64,000 bases of DNA from Candidatus Microgenomatus auricola (lineage in GTDB: Bacteria > Patescibacteriota > Patescibacteriia > SBBC01): positions 36,759-100,758 of the forward strand of contig SBBC01000013.1 in assembly GCA_005239865.1 (NCBI GenBank), given 5' to 3'. The position numbers were made by a program, and so were the translations under genes. Below are positions 49,071-59,236 of this stretch, one piece after another (positions within the stretch are counted from its first letter, which is position 1; each line of letters begins with the position of its first letter). The notes under the pieces are model-generated. The model was given only the letters and a program-made list of their open reading frames with translations. It made no database searches and was not told the DNA's origin.

Positions 49071-49150
49071 TCCTGTTAGAGAGCCCGCCATTCATCCATT
49101 CTCAATGAAATGTTTATTACGAATGCTTTACAAGCTAACTCTCTAACGGG

Positions 49151-49702
49151 ATGACCCGCGCCGACGCCCTGGTAATTCTCGATGCGTACATCAAAAATCC
49201 CAACCTTAGAAAGCACATGCTGGCGGTCGAGGCCGCCATGCGGACCTACGCCGGGGTTTTCGGAGACAATCCCGAGGAGTGGGGGATCGTCGGGTTGCTC
49301 CATGACTTTGACTACGAAATCCACCCGACCATTGACGAACATCCCATGAAAGGCCAGCCCATCCTCGAACGGCGCGGCGTTCCTGCCCATATCCGGCGCG
49401 CGATCCTGGCTCACGCCAAGCATACCGGCGTGCTGCCGGAAACACCCATGGAGCGGGCGGTCTTCGCCTGCGATGAGCTCTGCGGTTTCATTATTGCCGT
49501 CGCCCTGGTCATGCCCAGCAAGCAACTGGCCGAAGTCACGGTCGAGAGCATCGAAAAGAAACTCAAACAGAAATCATTCGCGGCCAAAGTCAACCGCCAG
49601 GAAATTGAAGAGGGAATCAGCGTCTTGGGCATGCCGCGGACAGAGCATTTCCGCACCGTCCTTGAAGCGCTCCAGGGTATTCACGACGATCTCGGATTGT
49701 AA
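49151..49702 (+). CDS. HD/HDIG-domain phosphohydrolase
   Basis: 'VGLLHDFDY' HD motif. 183 aa. Confidence 0.6.
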   Translation: MTRADALVILDAYIKNPNLRKHMLAVEAAMRTYAGVFGDNPEEWGIVGLLHDFDYEIHPTIDEHPMKGQPILERRGVPAHIRRAILAHAKHTGVLPETPMERAVFACDELCGFIIAVALVMPSKQLAEVTVESIEKKLKQKSFAAKVNRQEIEEGISVLGMPRTEHFRTVLEALQGIHDDLGL

Positions 49703-49705
49703 GCC

Positions 49706-50302
49706 ATGGCCAAGTTGCTGATTGCATCGAGAAACCCCGGTAAAATCAGAGAACTCAAAGCGGTCGTGTCGCGCTATGTCGATGAGGTAGTCACGCTCGA
49801 TGACCTGGGCGTGAGTGAGGAACCCGTTGAAGACGGTGAGACCTTCGAAGAAAACTCACTCATCAAGGCGAATTTCTACTGGCAGCGCGCACACATTCCG
49901 ACCCTAGCCGATGACAGCGGTCTCGAGATCGACGCCCTCCAGGGTCAGCCCGGAGTGCACTCGCGGGTCTGGCATGGTCAACGCCTGACCGATGAGGAAC
50001 TGCGGAATGAAATTCTCAAACTGCTCCAGGGCATTCCAGAACAAGAACGAACCGCCCGACTGCGAACAGTCGTCACACTCCGGATCAATCAAGACATGAA
50101 CTTTCAATCCGAACTCGCCCACCCAGGCATCATCCGTGACAGCCGCCTGCCGATTGACCCGGGGTACCCGTATCGTTCAATCTTCTGGCTACCTGAACTG
50201 AAAAAATTCTACTGCGAATTGACGCCAGAGGAGCACGAAAAAATCAATCATCGCCGAAAAGCCGTTGAAAAGCTCCTGCCCTATATTCAGCAATACGTAT
50301 GA
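49706..50302 (+). CDS. rdgB: Non-canonical purine NTP pyrophosphatase (RdgB/HAM1)
   Basis: 'LLIASRNPGKIREL' and 'ADDSGLEIDAL' motifs. Confidence 0.85.
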   Translation: MAKLLIASRNPGKIRELKAVVSRYVDEVVTLDDLGVSEEPVEDGETFEENSLIKANFYWQRAHIPTLADDSGLEIDALQGQPGVHSRVWHGQRLTDEELRNEILKLLQGIPEQERTARLRTVVTLRINQDMNFQSELAHPGIIRDSRLPIDPGYPYRSIFWLPELKKFYCELTPEEHEKINHRRKAVEKLLPYIQQYV

Positions 50303-51573
50303 TCGACGCTAAGGATTTCCAACAACGAACTGATTACTACATCCAAGCCATTGGCCGACGTGGCAAGAGGTTTGCTCGGGAAGCCCAGTCCCTGACCTCA
50401 CTCCTGTTACACCGTGATACCACCAAGCAACAAGAGTTAGAAAAACTCCGCGCCGAAATCAACACCGCCTCACGCCTGATCCCGACACTTCCGGCTGTTG
50501 AGAAAAAGAAAAAAATCTCCGAGTTGAAAAAAACTTCTGATCGGATTACTGCCCTTGAATCCGACGTCGTACAGGCTTCCAAAACCATCGACCTTCAGAT
50601 CCGAAATCTTCCGAACCCCCCAAAAGAAGACGTACCCGACGGTGATGACGCAAGCCACAATAAAGTATTGCGTGAGTGGGGAAAGAAATCAGATCTCAAA
50701 AAACCCCTCGATTATCTCACAGTCGCCGAGGACTTAGGAATCATCGACATCAAACGGGCAGCCAAAGTTTCGGGTTCACGCTTCGGCTACCTCCTCGGTC
50801 CAGCCGCTCAACTCGAGTTCGCACTGATTCAATATGCGCAATCAATCTTGCTGCGAGAAAATTTCACGATGGTGATACCACCGGTGATGATTACATCCCA
50901 GAACATGGCAGCCATGGGCTACCTCGCCGGCGCTGGAGGAAACGAGGTCTACCACCTCACCGAGGACGATCTCTATCTTGTCGGCACCTCGGAACAATCC
51001 ATTGGGCCTATGCACCGGGGTGAAACGTTTGACGAACAAGCATTACCAAAACGTTACCTTGGTTTTTCCACGTGTTTCCGCCGTGAGGCCGGCTCATACG
51101 GAAAAGACACCAAAGGCATTCTCCGCGTTCACCAATTCGACAAACTGGAAATGTTTTCGTTCGCGCTGCCGGAAAAATCTGACGAGGAACAGGAGTTCCT
51201 TCTGGCTATGCAGGAAAAGCTCTGGCAGGGACTCGATATCCCGTACCGTGTGGTCAAACTTTGCTCCGGCGACCTCGGTTTCCCCAGTGCCAGAACCTAC
51301 GATATCGAGGCCTGGCTCCCGGGACAGGGGGTATACCGTGAAATGGGATCAACGTCAACCACCACGGACTATCAGTCGCGCGAACTGGCCATTCGCGTGC
51401 AGCGCCAAGAGAAAAAAGAACTCGTTCACATGCTCAACGGCACAGCATTCGCCATCGGCCGCACACTCATCGCCATCATCGAAAATTACCAGCAAGCCGA
51501 CGGCTCTGTCGCCATTCCCAAAGTCCTCCAAACGTACCTCAATGGCCAAAGGGTGATTGCCAAGCCAGACTAG
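50299..51573 (+). CDS. serS: Serine--tRNA ligase
   Basis: N-terminal coiled coil. Class II core ('FRREAGS', 'GSRFGYLLG'). Confidence 0.9.
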   Translation: MIDAKDFQQRTDYYIQAIGRRGKRFAREAQSLTSLLLHRDTTKQQELEKLRAEINTASRLIPTLPAVEKKKKISELKKTSDRITALESDVVQASKTIDLQIRNLPNPPKEDVPDGDDASHNKVLREWGKKSDLKKPLDYLTVAEDLGIIDIKRAAKVSGSRFGYLLGPAAQLEFALIQYAQSILLRENFTMVIPPVMITSQNMAAMGYLAGAGGNEVYHLTEDDLYLVGTSEQSIGPMHRGETFDEQALPKRYLGFSTCFRREAGSYGKDTKGILRVHQFDKLEMFSFALPEKSDEEQEFLLAMQEKLWQGLDIPYRVVKLCSGDLGFPSARTYDIEAWLPGQGVYREMGSTSTTTDYQSRELAIRVQRQEKKELVHMLNGTAFAIGRTLIAIIENYQQADGSVAIPKVLQTYLNGQRVIAKPD

Positions 51574-51575
51574 CC

Positions 51576-52676
51576 ATGCCCAACCCGCAGCACCGCACCT
51601 GGGTCGAGGTTTCCCGTAGTGCTTTGCTGTGGAATTTTGGCCAATTTCAGCGCTTTTTCCGTCATCAAGCCCTAATTGCCCCAGTAGTAAAAGCGAATGC
51701 GTATGGGCACGGAGACCGCTGGGTCGTCCAAAACCTTCAGCAGAGCCCAATTTGGGGCTTTTGTGTGGCTTACGACACCGAGGCTCAAGAACTTCGGCCC
51801 AGCACTTCAAAGCCGATCCTCGTGCTAAGTGCCTGGCAAGAAGCCAATCTACCACAACTCATTCGCCAGGGTATTCGACTGGTGGTCTGGGATATTGACG
51901 CGGCCACAACCGTAGCCCGGGTGGCGCAGCGCCTTGGCCGCAAGGCGATTGTCCACCTGAAAATTGACACCGGCACCACCCGCATCGGCACCCGACCGGA
52001 AGAACTTCGTCAACTGCAAGCTCAACTCCACCGAGCCAGGCACCTTGTGGTCGAAGGGGTTTTCTCCCACTATGCAGATTCAGAAAACGAGCGGCTAACA
52101 TTTGCTCGACATCAACGGCAAACCTTTCTCGATCAGGCGGCTCGCTTCAAGGCGCCGTTCTCTCACCTCGCCTGCACCGCCGCCAGCTTACGACTGCCGC
52201 TGACTGGTACCAACCTCGTCCGGCTTGGCCTCGGGCTCTATGGTTTATGGCCATCGACGGCGACGAAAAAATTCAACCGCCTCATCATCCGTCCAGTCCT
52301 GTCGTGGAAAACGCGACTGTTGCAAACCAAGCGCGTCCCCGCTGGCACGACCGTTGGCTACGACCGCACCCACCGCGTCCGATCAGCCACGACCGTCGGC
52401 ATCCTGCCGATCGGCTACGCCGACGGGTACGACCGTCGCGGCTCCAACCGGAGTTTTGTCGTGATCGCGGGACGACGGTATCCGATCGTTGGCCGCGTCA
52501 GCATGAACCTCGTGATGGTCGACCTGGGACCACGAGCTCGCCCGCGCCCAGGAACCGCAGTCACGCTCATCGGGCAAGGCATCAGCGCCGATGACCTGGC
52601 GGCCGGCTGGAACACAATCAACTACGAGGTGGTGGCGCGGATTGACCGGCGTATTCCCCGCATTGCGATGCCCTAA
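51576..52676 (+). CDS. alr: Alanine racemase
   Basis: PLP lysine motif 'VKANAYGHG'. C-terminal beta domain. Confidence 0.85.
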   Translation: MPNPQHRTWVEVSRSALLWNFGQFQRFFRHQALIAPVVKANAYGHGDRWVVQNLQQSPIWGFCVAYDTEAQELRPSTSKPILVLSAWQEANLPQLIRQGIRLVVWDIDAATTVARVAQRLGRKAIVHLKIDTGTTRIGTRPEELRQLQAQLHRARHLVVEGVFSHYADSENERLTFARHQRQTFLDQAARFKAPFSHLACTAASLRLPLTGTNLVRLGLGLYGLWPSTATKKFNRLIIRPVLSWKTRLLQTKRVPAGTTVGYDRTHRVRSATTVGILPIGYADGYDRRGSNRSFVVIAGRRYPIVGRVSMNLVMVDLGPRARPRPGTAVTLIGQGISADDLAAGWNTINYEVVARIDRRIPRIAMP

Positions 52677-52693
52677 CGCGTGATGCGCCAACC

Positions 52694-53716
52694 ATGTTCA
52701 ACCCCTTTCGACTCATCTTCCGTCCACGATCAATCCGCCGTGACTTCGCTGGTTCGCCGAGCCGAGCGGCCAACCCTTTCTTTCGTGCTTCGCCGCCCCG
52801 TTGGTCGGGGTGGTTAGCCGCTTTCCTCCTGGCTCTGGTCGGCGCCAGTGCGTACATAATGTGGTCGCCGAAATTCCGTATCAGCGTGGTCAACGTCGAG
52901 GGAACCGAGAAACTGAACCCCGAGAGTATTCAGCGTTTCGTCACCGCCCGCCTCGATGAAACGTTTCTCGGAGTCACATGGAAGCGCGTCAGCTACCTCG
53001 TTCCGCTGACCGCGCTCACGAAAGAATTGCAGATGGCAATTACGAAACTCATGAGCGTTGAGACCCTCTCGATCGAACGGCAGGGACGGAATGCGCTGAT
53101 CGTTCGTTTGCAGGAACGATCGCCGAACCTGGTCTGGCAAAGCGGAGAGCAAACCTTCTATACGCTCGACGAAAACGGTGTGATCGTCGAGCGCCTCCAC
53201 GGCAATATCCCGGAGGGATTTCCCACCGTGGTTGATGCCAACGACCTCGTCCCGGTGATCGGATCGACCGTTCTCAAATCGCGAACGATTTCCGCCCTCT
53301 ACCTCCTGCGGGAACGGTTGCCGACTCTGGGTCTCGAGGTGGCGTCATACGCCACCTGGCCGGTCGAGTGCCCGGTTCGCCTGCCTGACCAACGCGAAAC
53401 ACCTACCAACGCGTCCGTGCCGACGAACAACGCCAACACAAACTCCGCGAACACCAACCGGCGAACGGAAAACGTGAACGCCCGAAAAAGCACTGTCGAT
53501 ATTGATACGCCGATATGCGATCGTCGGGCGCTCGCCATCAATGAACCGACCTTGGTCGTCCGGACGAGCGAGGGCTGGGATATTCGTTTTGATGCTTCCT
53601 TTGACCTTGAACTCCAAATGCAAAAACTCTCCCTGACGCTCAAGGAACGCCTCCAGCAACGAAAAAACCTCAAGTATATCGACGTCCGTTTCGGCGATCG
53701 CGTGTTTTTCCAGTAA
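52694..53716 (+). CDS. ftsQ: FtsQ/DivIB-like cell-division protein (TM segment plus POTRA domain)
   Basis: N-terminal TM segment then 'FRISVVNVEGTEKLNPESIQ' POTRA start. A Thr/Asn-rich low-complexity insert is present. Confidence 0.55.
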   Translation: MFNPFRLIFRPRSIRRDFAGSPSRAANPFFRASPPRWSGWLAAFLLALVGASAYIMWSPKFRISVVNVEGTEKLNPESIQRFVTARLDETFLGVTWKRVSYLVPLTALTKELQMAITKLMSVETLSIERQGRNALIVRLQERSPNLVWQSGEQTFYTLDENGVIVERLHGNIPEGFPTVVDANDLVPVIGSTVLKSRTISALYLLRERLPTLGLEVASYATWPVECPVRLPDQRETPTNASVPTNNANTNSANTNRRTENVNARKSTVDIDTPICDRRALAINEPTLVVRTSEGWDIRFDASFDLELQMQKLSLTLKERLQQRKNLKYIDVRFGDRVFFQ

Positions 53717-53723
53717 CCACCAG

Positions 53724-56312
53724 ATGACACAACCACCACCGACAGTTCCACTCTCGCACCAAACGGTGCAAACCCAGACACCGACCGATGTCCTGCGAGT
53801 CCTTGGCACGCCAGCCGACGGCCTCTCATCTGGACAGTCCACTGAACGACGACTCCGCGACGGTCCCAATATCATCCAGGAAAGAGAGCGGGGATGGATC
53901 GCGATTTTCTGCCGGCAGTTTGCCAGCCCGCTCATCGGACTCCTGGCGGCGGCTGGAATCGTCTCGTTCATCCTCGGCGAAACGACTGACGGTTTAACGA
54001 TCGTCCTCATCCTGATCATCAACGGTTTTCTGGGTTTCGTCCAGGAGTTCCGTTCGGCGCACTCGCTGCGTTCCCTCAAAAAATTTTTAAAAACGACGAC
54101 CGCGGTTCGACGAAGCGGTTCGATCAGGATCGTTCCGCGGGAAGAACTGGTGGTTGGCGATGTCGTTGTCATGAGAGCCGGTGATGAGGTACCGGCTGAC
54201 CTGCGCCTGATTGACGCGAGCGATTTCCGGAGTGATGAGTCAACGCTGACCGGTGAATCCACTGACGTCTTCAAGACCGCGAGCCCGCTCGACCGACCGG
54301 CGACCACACTGTACCAATGCCACAACCTCGTTTTTTCCGGCAGTACCGTCCGCCGCGGAGAAGGGGAGGGGATCGTCATCGCGACGGGCGGCCGGACCAT
54401 CCTCGGCTCGATCGCGCACCTGGTCGCCGAGACCCAACACGTCAGCACATTCGAAGCAAACCTCAAACGCTTTAGCCGATTCCTTCTCAACGTCGTGGCG
54501 GTCTCGCTCGGCTTGGTCGTCATCGTCAACCTCCTGACAAAAGGGGAGAGCGTCCACCTGACCGAGCAGCTCCTCTTCGCGCTGGCTTTAGCCGTCTCCG
54601 TCATTCCTGAAGCCCTACCGGCAGTCACAACGATTACCCTCTCCCGCGGAGCGTTGGAGTTAGCCCGGCGCCATGTCGTGGTAAAACGTCTAACCGCCAT
54701 CGAGGACCTGGGACAGATTGACATTCTGTGTACGGACAAAACCGGAACGTTGACGGAAAACGCGCCGGCCGTGGCCCAGCTGATCGCCGATGACCGGGGT
54801 GAGCTTGTCCACGCACTCCTGGAAGGAATTCCGCCGACGGTCCGGGCCGGCGGTCGCGAATCTGGCGACCCTTTCGACCACGCCCTGCTCGTCTTGGCCG
54901 GCCAGCAAGGACTCCCTTTACCGACCGCTGCGTTGTTGCGTGAAATACCGTTCGAACCAACCCGACGCCGTTCCGGGGTCATCGTCCGAAGGGCGCTTGG
55001 CCAGCGCCTGATTCTACGCGGAGCACCGGAGACGATTTTACCACTATGCACCCATGGCTTTGATCGGTTGACCCCGGCCACCCTGCTGAAGAAAACCGAA
55101 TCGCTCGGGAGAGTAGGGGAGCGCGTCATCGCCGTCGCGGTTCGTGACCTAGACGCGCCGATTTTCGAAAAGACGGCAACGCTCGAGCGCGACCTGACCT
55201 TCCTCGGACTGGTCTCATTTGTTGACCCATTGAAGCCGACCAGCCGGCGGGCGATCATCCAGGCCGAGCAACTCGGTGTGGAAGTAAAAATCGTCACCGG
55301 CGACAACCCGGCAGTGGCCGGTGCGGTTGCCCAGAAACTAGGGCTGATCCGCGCGCCCACCGAGGTCATCAGCGGCGACCACCTCGAACGGCTCTCACCA
55401 GCTGACTACGGCCAGGCAGCACGTCATTATCGAGTTTTCGCGCGCATGACGCCGGAGCAAAAATACCACCTCATCCGGACGCTCGAAAAGACGAACTCCG
55501 TCGGCTTCCTCGGTGAGGGAATGAATGACGCGCCGGCGTTGAAGCTCGCCTCGGTCTCGCTGGTCGTCAACACCGCCTCGGACGTCGCCCGTGGGGCGGC
55601 TGACATTGTCCTGCTCAATACCGGGCTGGACGTGATAGTTGAAGGCATTACTCAAGGACGCCTGATCTTCGCCAACGTTATCAAGTACATCAAGTACACG
55701 CTCATCGGCAACTTCGGAAATTTCTTCGCGATCGCCGGGATTTCCCTGATCGTTGATTTCTTGCCGATGCTGCCGGTCCAAATCCTGCTGACGAATCTCC
55801 TGACTGATTTCCCGCTGGTCGCGGTGGCAGGGGATCGAGTTGACCGCAGTGAACTCACCCGACCGCAGCACTTTCACCTGCGCGAACTCGGATTCTTGAC
55901 GTTGCTCCTCGGTTTAACAAGCGCCCTGTTCGACTTCATCTTCTTTGGCCTCTTCCGTTCACAGTCGCCGATCGTGATTCAATCGCTGTGGTTCACGGAA
56001 AGCATCTTAACCGAGCTTCTCCTGATCTATTCCATTCGCACGACCCTCCCGCTTGAACGCAGCCGGGGATCGTCACCCACCCTCATCTGGCTGACGCTCC
56101 TCGCTGGTCTGACTGCCATTGCTCTGCCGCTCACCCCGTTCGGATCACGAGTTTTTCACTTCGTGCCGCCGACCGCCAGCATGCTTTTCATCATCGGCGC
56201 CATCGTCGTCGCCTACTTTGTTGTTACCGAAAGTGTCAAACGTCTCTATTACCGCCGCTACCGATTCCACGCACAATCGAGGCGTATCAATAACACTGTT
56301 CTAGAGACATAA
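53724..56312 (+). CDS. Cation-transporting P-type ATPase (type II/III, Mg2+/Ca2+-like)
   Basis: 'CTDKTGTLTEN' phosphorylation site, 'VTGDNPAVA', 'GEGMNDAPAL', and 10 TM segments. Confidence 0.85.
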   Translation: MTQPPPTVPLSHQTVQTQTPTDVLRVLGTPADGLSSGQSTERRLRDGPNIIQERERGWIAIFCRQFASPLIGLLAAAGIVSFILGETTDGLTIVLILIINGFLGFVQEFRSAHSLRSLKKFLKTTTAVRRSGSIRIVPREELVVGDVVVMRAGDEVPADLRLIDASDFRSDESTLTGESTDVFKTASPLDRPATTLYQCHNLVFSGSTVRRGEGEGIVIATGGRTILGSIAHLVAETQHVSTFEANLKRFSRFLLNVVAVSLGLVVIVNLLTKGESVHLTEQLLFALALAVSVIPEALPAVTTITLSRGALELARRHVVVKRLTAIEDLGQIDILCTDKTGTLTENAPAVAQLIADDRGELVHALLEGIPPTVRAGGRESGDPFDHALLVLAGQQGLPLPTAALLREIPFEPTRRRSGVIVRRALGQRLILRGAPETILPLCTHGFDRLTPATLLKKTESLGRVGERVIAVAVRDLDAPIFEKTATLERDLTFLGLVSFVDPLKPTSRRAIIQAEQLGVEVKIVTGDNPAVAGAVAQKLGLIRAPTEVISGDHLERLSPADYGQAARHYRVFARMTPEQKYHLIRTLEKTNSVGFLGEGMNDAPALKLASVSLVVNTASDVARGAADIVLLNTGLDVIVEGITQGRLIFANVIKYIKYTLIGNFGNFFAIAGISLIVDFLPMLPVQILLTNLLTDFPLVAVAGDRVDRSELTRPQHFHLRELGFLTLLLGLTSALFDFIFFGLFRSQSPIVIQSLWFTESILTELLLIYSIRTTLPLERSRGSSPTLIWLTLLAGLTAIALPLTPFGSRVFHFVPPTASMLFIIGAIVVAYFVVTESVKRLYYRRYRFHAQSRRINNTVLET

Positions 56313-56372
56313 AAGGTATATTGTGCGACACATTAATATCTCTAAAACAAGCTGGTTTCTATCCATCCCCCA

Positions 56373-57719
56373 TCAGCCTGGCGGCAAGTACTTCAACGGA
56401 TCATCCGGTATACCGTTAACGCGTACTTCAAAATGCAGGTGCGGTCCAGTAGTCAACCGCCCGGCTCCGGCAGTGCCTGGCGTCCCGCCTGACTTGCCGA
56501 TTACCTGTCCTCGCTTAACCGTATCTCCTTCGCTGACGTTGACCTGACTCAAGTGTCCGTACACTGTCGCTAGGTCGCCGCCATGGACGATGGTGATGAA
56601 ATTGTAGGCGGACCACAGGATTTGTCCTTGGCTGTTCTTGACCCAGTCGACTTTCCGGGCAATCGCCACGACGCCATCAGCCGCGGCGGTCACGGTCGAA
56701 CCGTGCGCAGTGCGAATATCGATGGCCGGGTGCTCAAAGATTTTCCGAAACGGATAGGTCGGATCATGGAAATAGGCGCTTATCCCCTTGCTCGTGTCAA
56801 TCGGCCAGGAGAGCTGTCCGGGCTGGACAAACGAGACGCCCTCGCCACGCGCCGCCAGACGGTCGTTGACCTGCTGGATGAGCGTCTCGATCTCCTGATC
56901 GACGGACGCCGCCTGCTGCTTCAATTCCTGGAGCAGCGCTTGATACTTGGTTTCTGAATTCTTCGTCGCATCGAGCAGGTTGGTCTTGTAACTCTCCTGG
57001 TCTTCGAGGAGCGCCTGTTGGCCTTCCAGTTCTTGTCGCTTCTCATCGAGCGCGGTCTGCTTCGAGGTCAGATCCTCTTTACCCGCTTCGAGTTTTCGTT
57101 TTGTCTCGAGGACGCGATTGAGCGCCTCCTCGATCGAGGTGCTCAAGGCATGCAGATTTTGGACGCGCGAGAAGAAGCTCGAGAATGTTTGTTCTTGGAC
57201 GACGAGTTCGAGCTGGCTCGTCTGGTCGGTTTCGTAGAGACGGCGGAGCAGCGAGGCCAGTTCGTCGCGGTGTGCAGCAATGTCATATTCACGGGCCACG
57301 ATGTCGCGCTCGATTCTCCGGATTTCCAGCTGCAGCGACTCAATCTCGGCCTGGTTGAGTTTCAGCGCCACGGCGGTTTGCCCGATCGTATCCTCAAGGA
57401 TTCGCAGCTCTGATTGAAGCGAGGCCCGTTCATTCTGCTTGCCCTCGAGTTGCCGCTCGTAAATTTGGGTTTGGCGTTTCAGTTCGTCGATGTGTTGGCG
57501 CTTGGCTTCAATCTGCTGGTTAAGTTCATCGATCTCCGTGGTGATCGGTTCGACGGATGGTACAGCGTCGGGCGCGCTGTTGATGTTTGCATCAACGTTG
57601 ACGTTGAAATTCGTATCGGCGTTTGTCTGCGCCAACGCCAAACCGCTGGTCAAGACCAGGAACAGGGCGCTCATGACAGCCAAGAAAACGCGATAGATGA
57701 TTTTGGGTTTTTTGTCCAT
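56373..57719 (-). CDS. M23 peptidase with a long N-terminal coiled coil (EnvC-like murein hydrolase/activator)
   Basis: Signal anchor and about 270 aa of coiled coil. C-terminal LytM/M23 domain with 'HAIDI' and 'GPHLHFEV'. Start taken at 'MDKKPK' (57719); an extended -10 'tgctatact' lies 11 nt upstream. Confidence 0.8.
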   Translation of the reverse strand: MDKKPKIIYRVFLAVMSALFLVLTSGLALAQTNADTNFNVNVDANINSAPDAVPSVEPITTEIDELNQQIEAKRQHIDELKRQTQIYERQLEGKQNERASLQSELRILEDTIGQTAVALKLNQAEIESLQLEIRRIERDIVAREYDIAAHRDELASLLRRLYETDQTSQLELVVQEQTFSSFFSRVQNLHALSTSIEEALNRVLETKRKLEAGKEDLTSKQTALDEKRQELEGQQALLEDQESYKTNLLDATKNSETKYQALLQELKQQAASVDQEIETLIQQVNDRLAARGEGVSFVQPGQLSWPIDTSKGISAYFHDPTYPFRKIFEHPAIDIRTAHGSTVTAAADGVVAIARKVDWVKNSQGQILWSAYNFITIVHGGDLATVYGHLSQVNVSEGDTVKRGQVIGKSGGTPGTAGAGRLTTGPHLHFEVRVNGIPDDPLKYLPPG

Positions 57720-57772
57720 GCGACAAGAAGAGTATAGCACAAAGAAGCCGAGGATTTCAAGCGCCCTGACGA

Positions 57773-59236
57773 CTATAAAAAATGCTCAATCCGACGAAGG
57801 CTTTCCGCGCGGCCGAGCAGTGCGAGAACGGCGAACACGTCCGGGCTGGCTGCCCGCAACGTCAACGCCACCCGCAGCGGCCACAGCACGTTGATGTTTT
57901 TCTTTTCGGCCTTCGCGATGGCAGCCAACATCGCCGCTTTCAACGTTTGATCATCCCAGGGCTCGACCTGACCTTCCAGCCATGTTTTCGCCCAGCGAAG
58001 ATTATCTGGCACGTTCTCTTTCCTCCCCGGCTTCGGCGTGAGCAGCGCTCGATCGAATGCTTTCGCTTCCTCGTTCCAGCCGGTCGTGAACACAAAGTTG
58101 ATGAGCTCGTTGATCTCGGACAACCGTTTCATGCGTTCTCGCACCAGTGCCAGCGCTTTCAGCGTCCACTCGCGGGCGGGCTTTTCACCACCCGGAATCT
58201 TCCACCAGACCGAAAGCCGTTCAAGCAATTGCTCGATCGGCAAATTGCGGATGTACACACCATTCATCCATTCGAGTTTTCGGCGGTCGAAGATCGCGCC
58301 GGCGGGATGGATGTCGGCCAGCCGGAATTCCGACAAAATCTCCTGGCGCGACAGCACCTCGTGATCGCCCTTCGGGTGCCAGCCCATGAGCGCCAGAAAG
58401 TTCTGCATCGCCTCGGGCAAAAATCCCTCATCGCGATACGCTAAGGCCGACGTGGCGCCGTGACGTTTCGACAATTTTGAGCGGTCCGGTCCTAAGAGGA
58501 GCGGCAGATGCGCAAACACGGGCGGGGTCCAACCAAAAGCATCGTAGAGAAAAAGATGCTTCGGCGCCGAAGGCAACCATTCCTCCGCCCGAATGATGTG
58601 TGAAATTTCCATCAGGTGATCATCAACGACGTTGGCTAGGTGGTAGGTTGGAAAACCATCAGCTTTCAGGAGGACGCTATCGTCAAGCTGGTCGAAACGG
58701 AAGGTCACCCGGCCGCGAATGACATCATCCAAGACGATCGTACCGTGAGGCGGGAGCTTAATTCGAATGACCGACGGTTCACCAGCTTCCACCCGCCGCT
58801 TGGCTTCCGTCGGCGGAATGGAAGCACAGCGTTTGTCATAACGCGGCGGCTGCTTGAGGGCCAGTTGCTGTTGCCGTAGTTCCGCCAGCCGCGCGGTCGT
58901 ACAAAAACAGTAATATCCCCTCCCCTGCTCAACGAGTTGCGCCACGTGCTGATGGTACATAGCCAGTCGCTGACTCTGGATATATGGCCCATGCGGTCCG
59001 CCTTGTTCCGGCCCTTCGTCTGGCAGGACGTCATACCAAGCCAGGGCTTCGTAAATCTTCTGGAGTGAGCCCGGGACGAAGCGCTGCTGATCAGTATCCT
59101 CGATCCGTAGAACGAACGTACCACGATGTTGACGGGCAAACATCCAGTTGAACTGCGCAGTCCAGAGACTGCCGACGTGGGGATCGCCGGTCGGCGACGG
59201 CGCGAAGCGGACGCGGACTGGCTTATGAAGCACCAT
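57773..59236 (-). CDS. gltX: Glutamate--tRNA ligase
   Basis: 'RFAPSPTGDPHVGSLWTA' HIGH region and the 'KLSKR' motif. The internal Met 'MVLHKPVRVRF' is preferred over the ORF-track start at 59263. Confidence 0.85.
   Translation of the reverse strand: MVLHKPVRVRFAPSPTGDPHVGSLWTAQFNWMFARQHRGTFVLRIEDTDQQRFVPGSLQKIYEALAWYDVLPDEGPEQGGPHGPYIQSQRLAMYHQHVAQLVEQGRGYYCFCTTARLAELRQQQLALKQPPRYDKRCASIPPTEAKRRVEAGEPSVIRIKLPPHGTIVLDDVIRGRVTFRFDQLDDSVLLKADGFPTYHLANVVDDHLMEISHIIRAEEWLPSAPKHLFLYDAFGWTPPVFAHLPLLLGPDRSKLSKRHGATSALAYRDEGFLPEAMQNFLALMGWHPKGDHEVLSRQEILSEFRLADIHPAGAIFDRRKLEWMNGVYIRNLPIEQLLERLSVWWKIPGGEKPAREWTLKALALVRERMKRLSEINELINFVFTTGWNEEAKAFDRALLTPKPGRKENVPDNLRWAKTWLEGQVEPWDDQTLKAAMLAAIAKAEKKNINVLWPLRVALTLRAASPDVFAVLALLGRAESLRRIEHFL

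Noticed and set aside
53345-55369. 674-aa ORF on the - strand
   Set aside because: It is antisense to the well-supported P-type ATPase and has an Arg/Ser/Pro-rich low-complexity translation. This is a typical high-GC antisense artefact.
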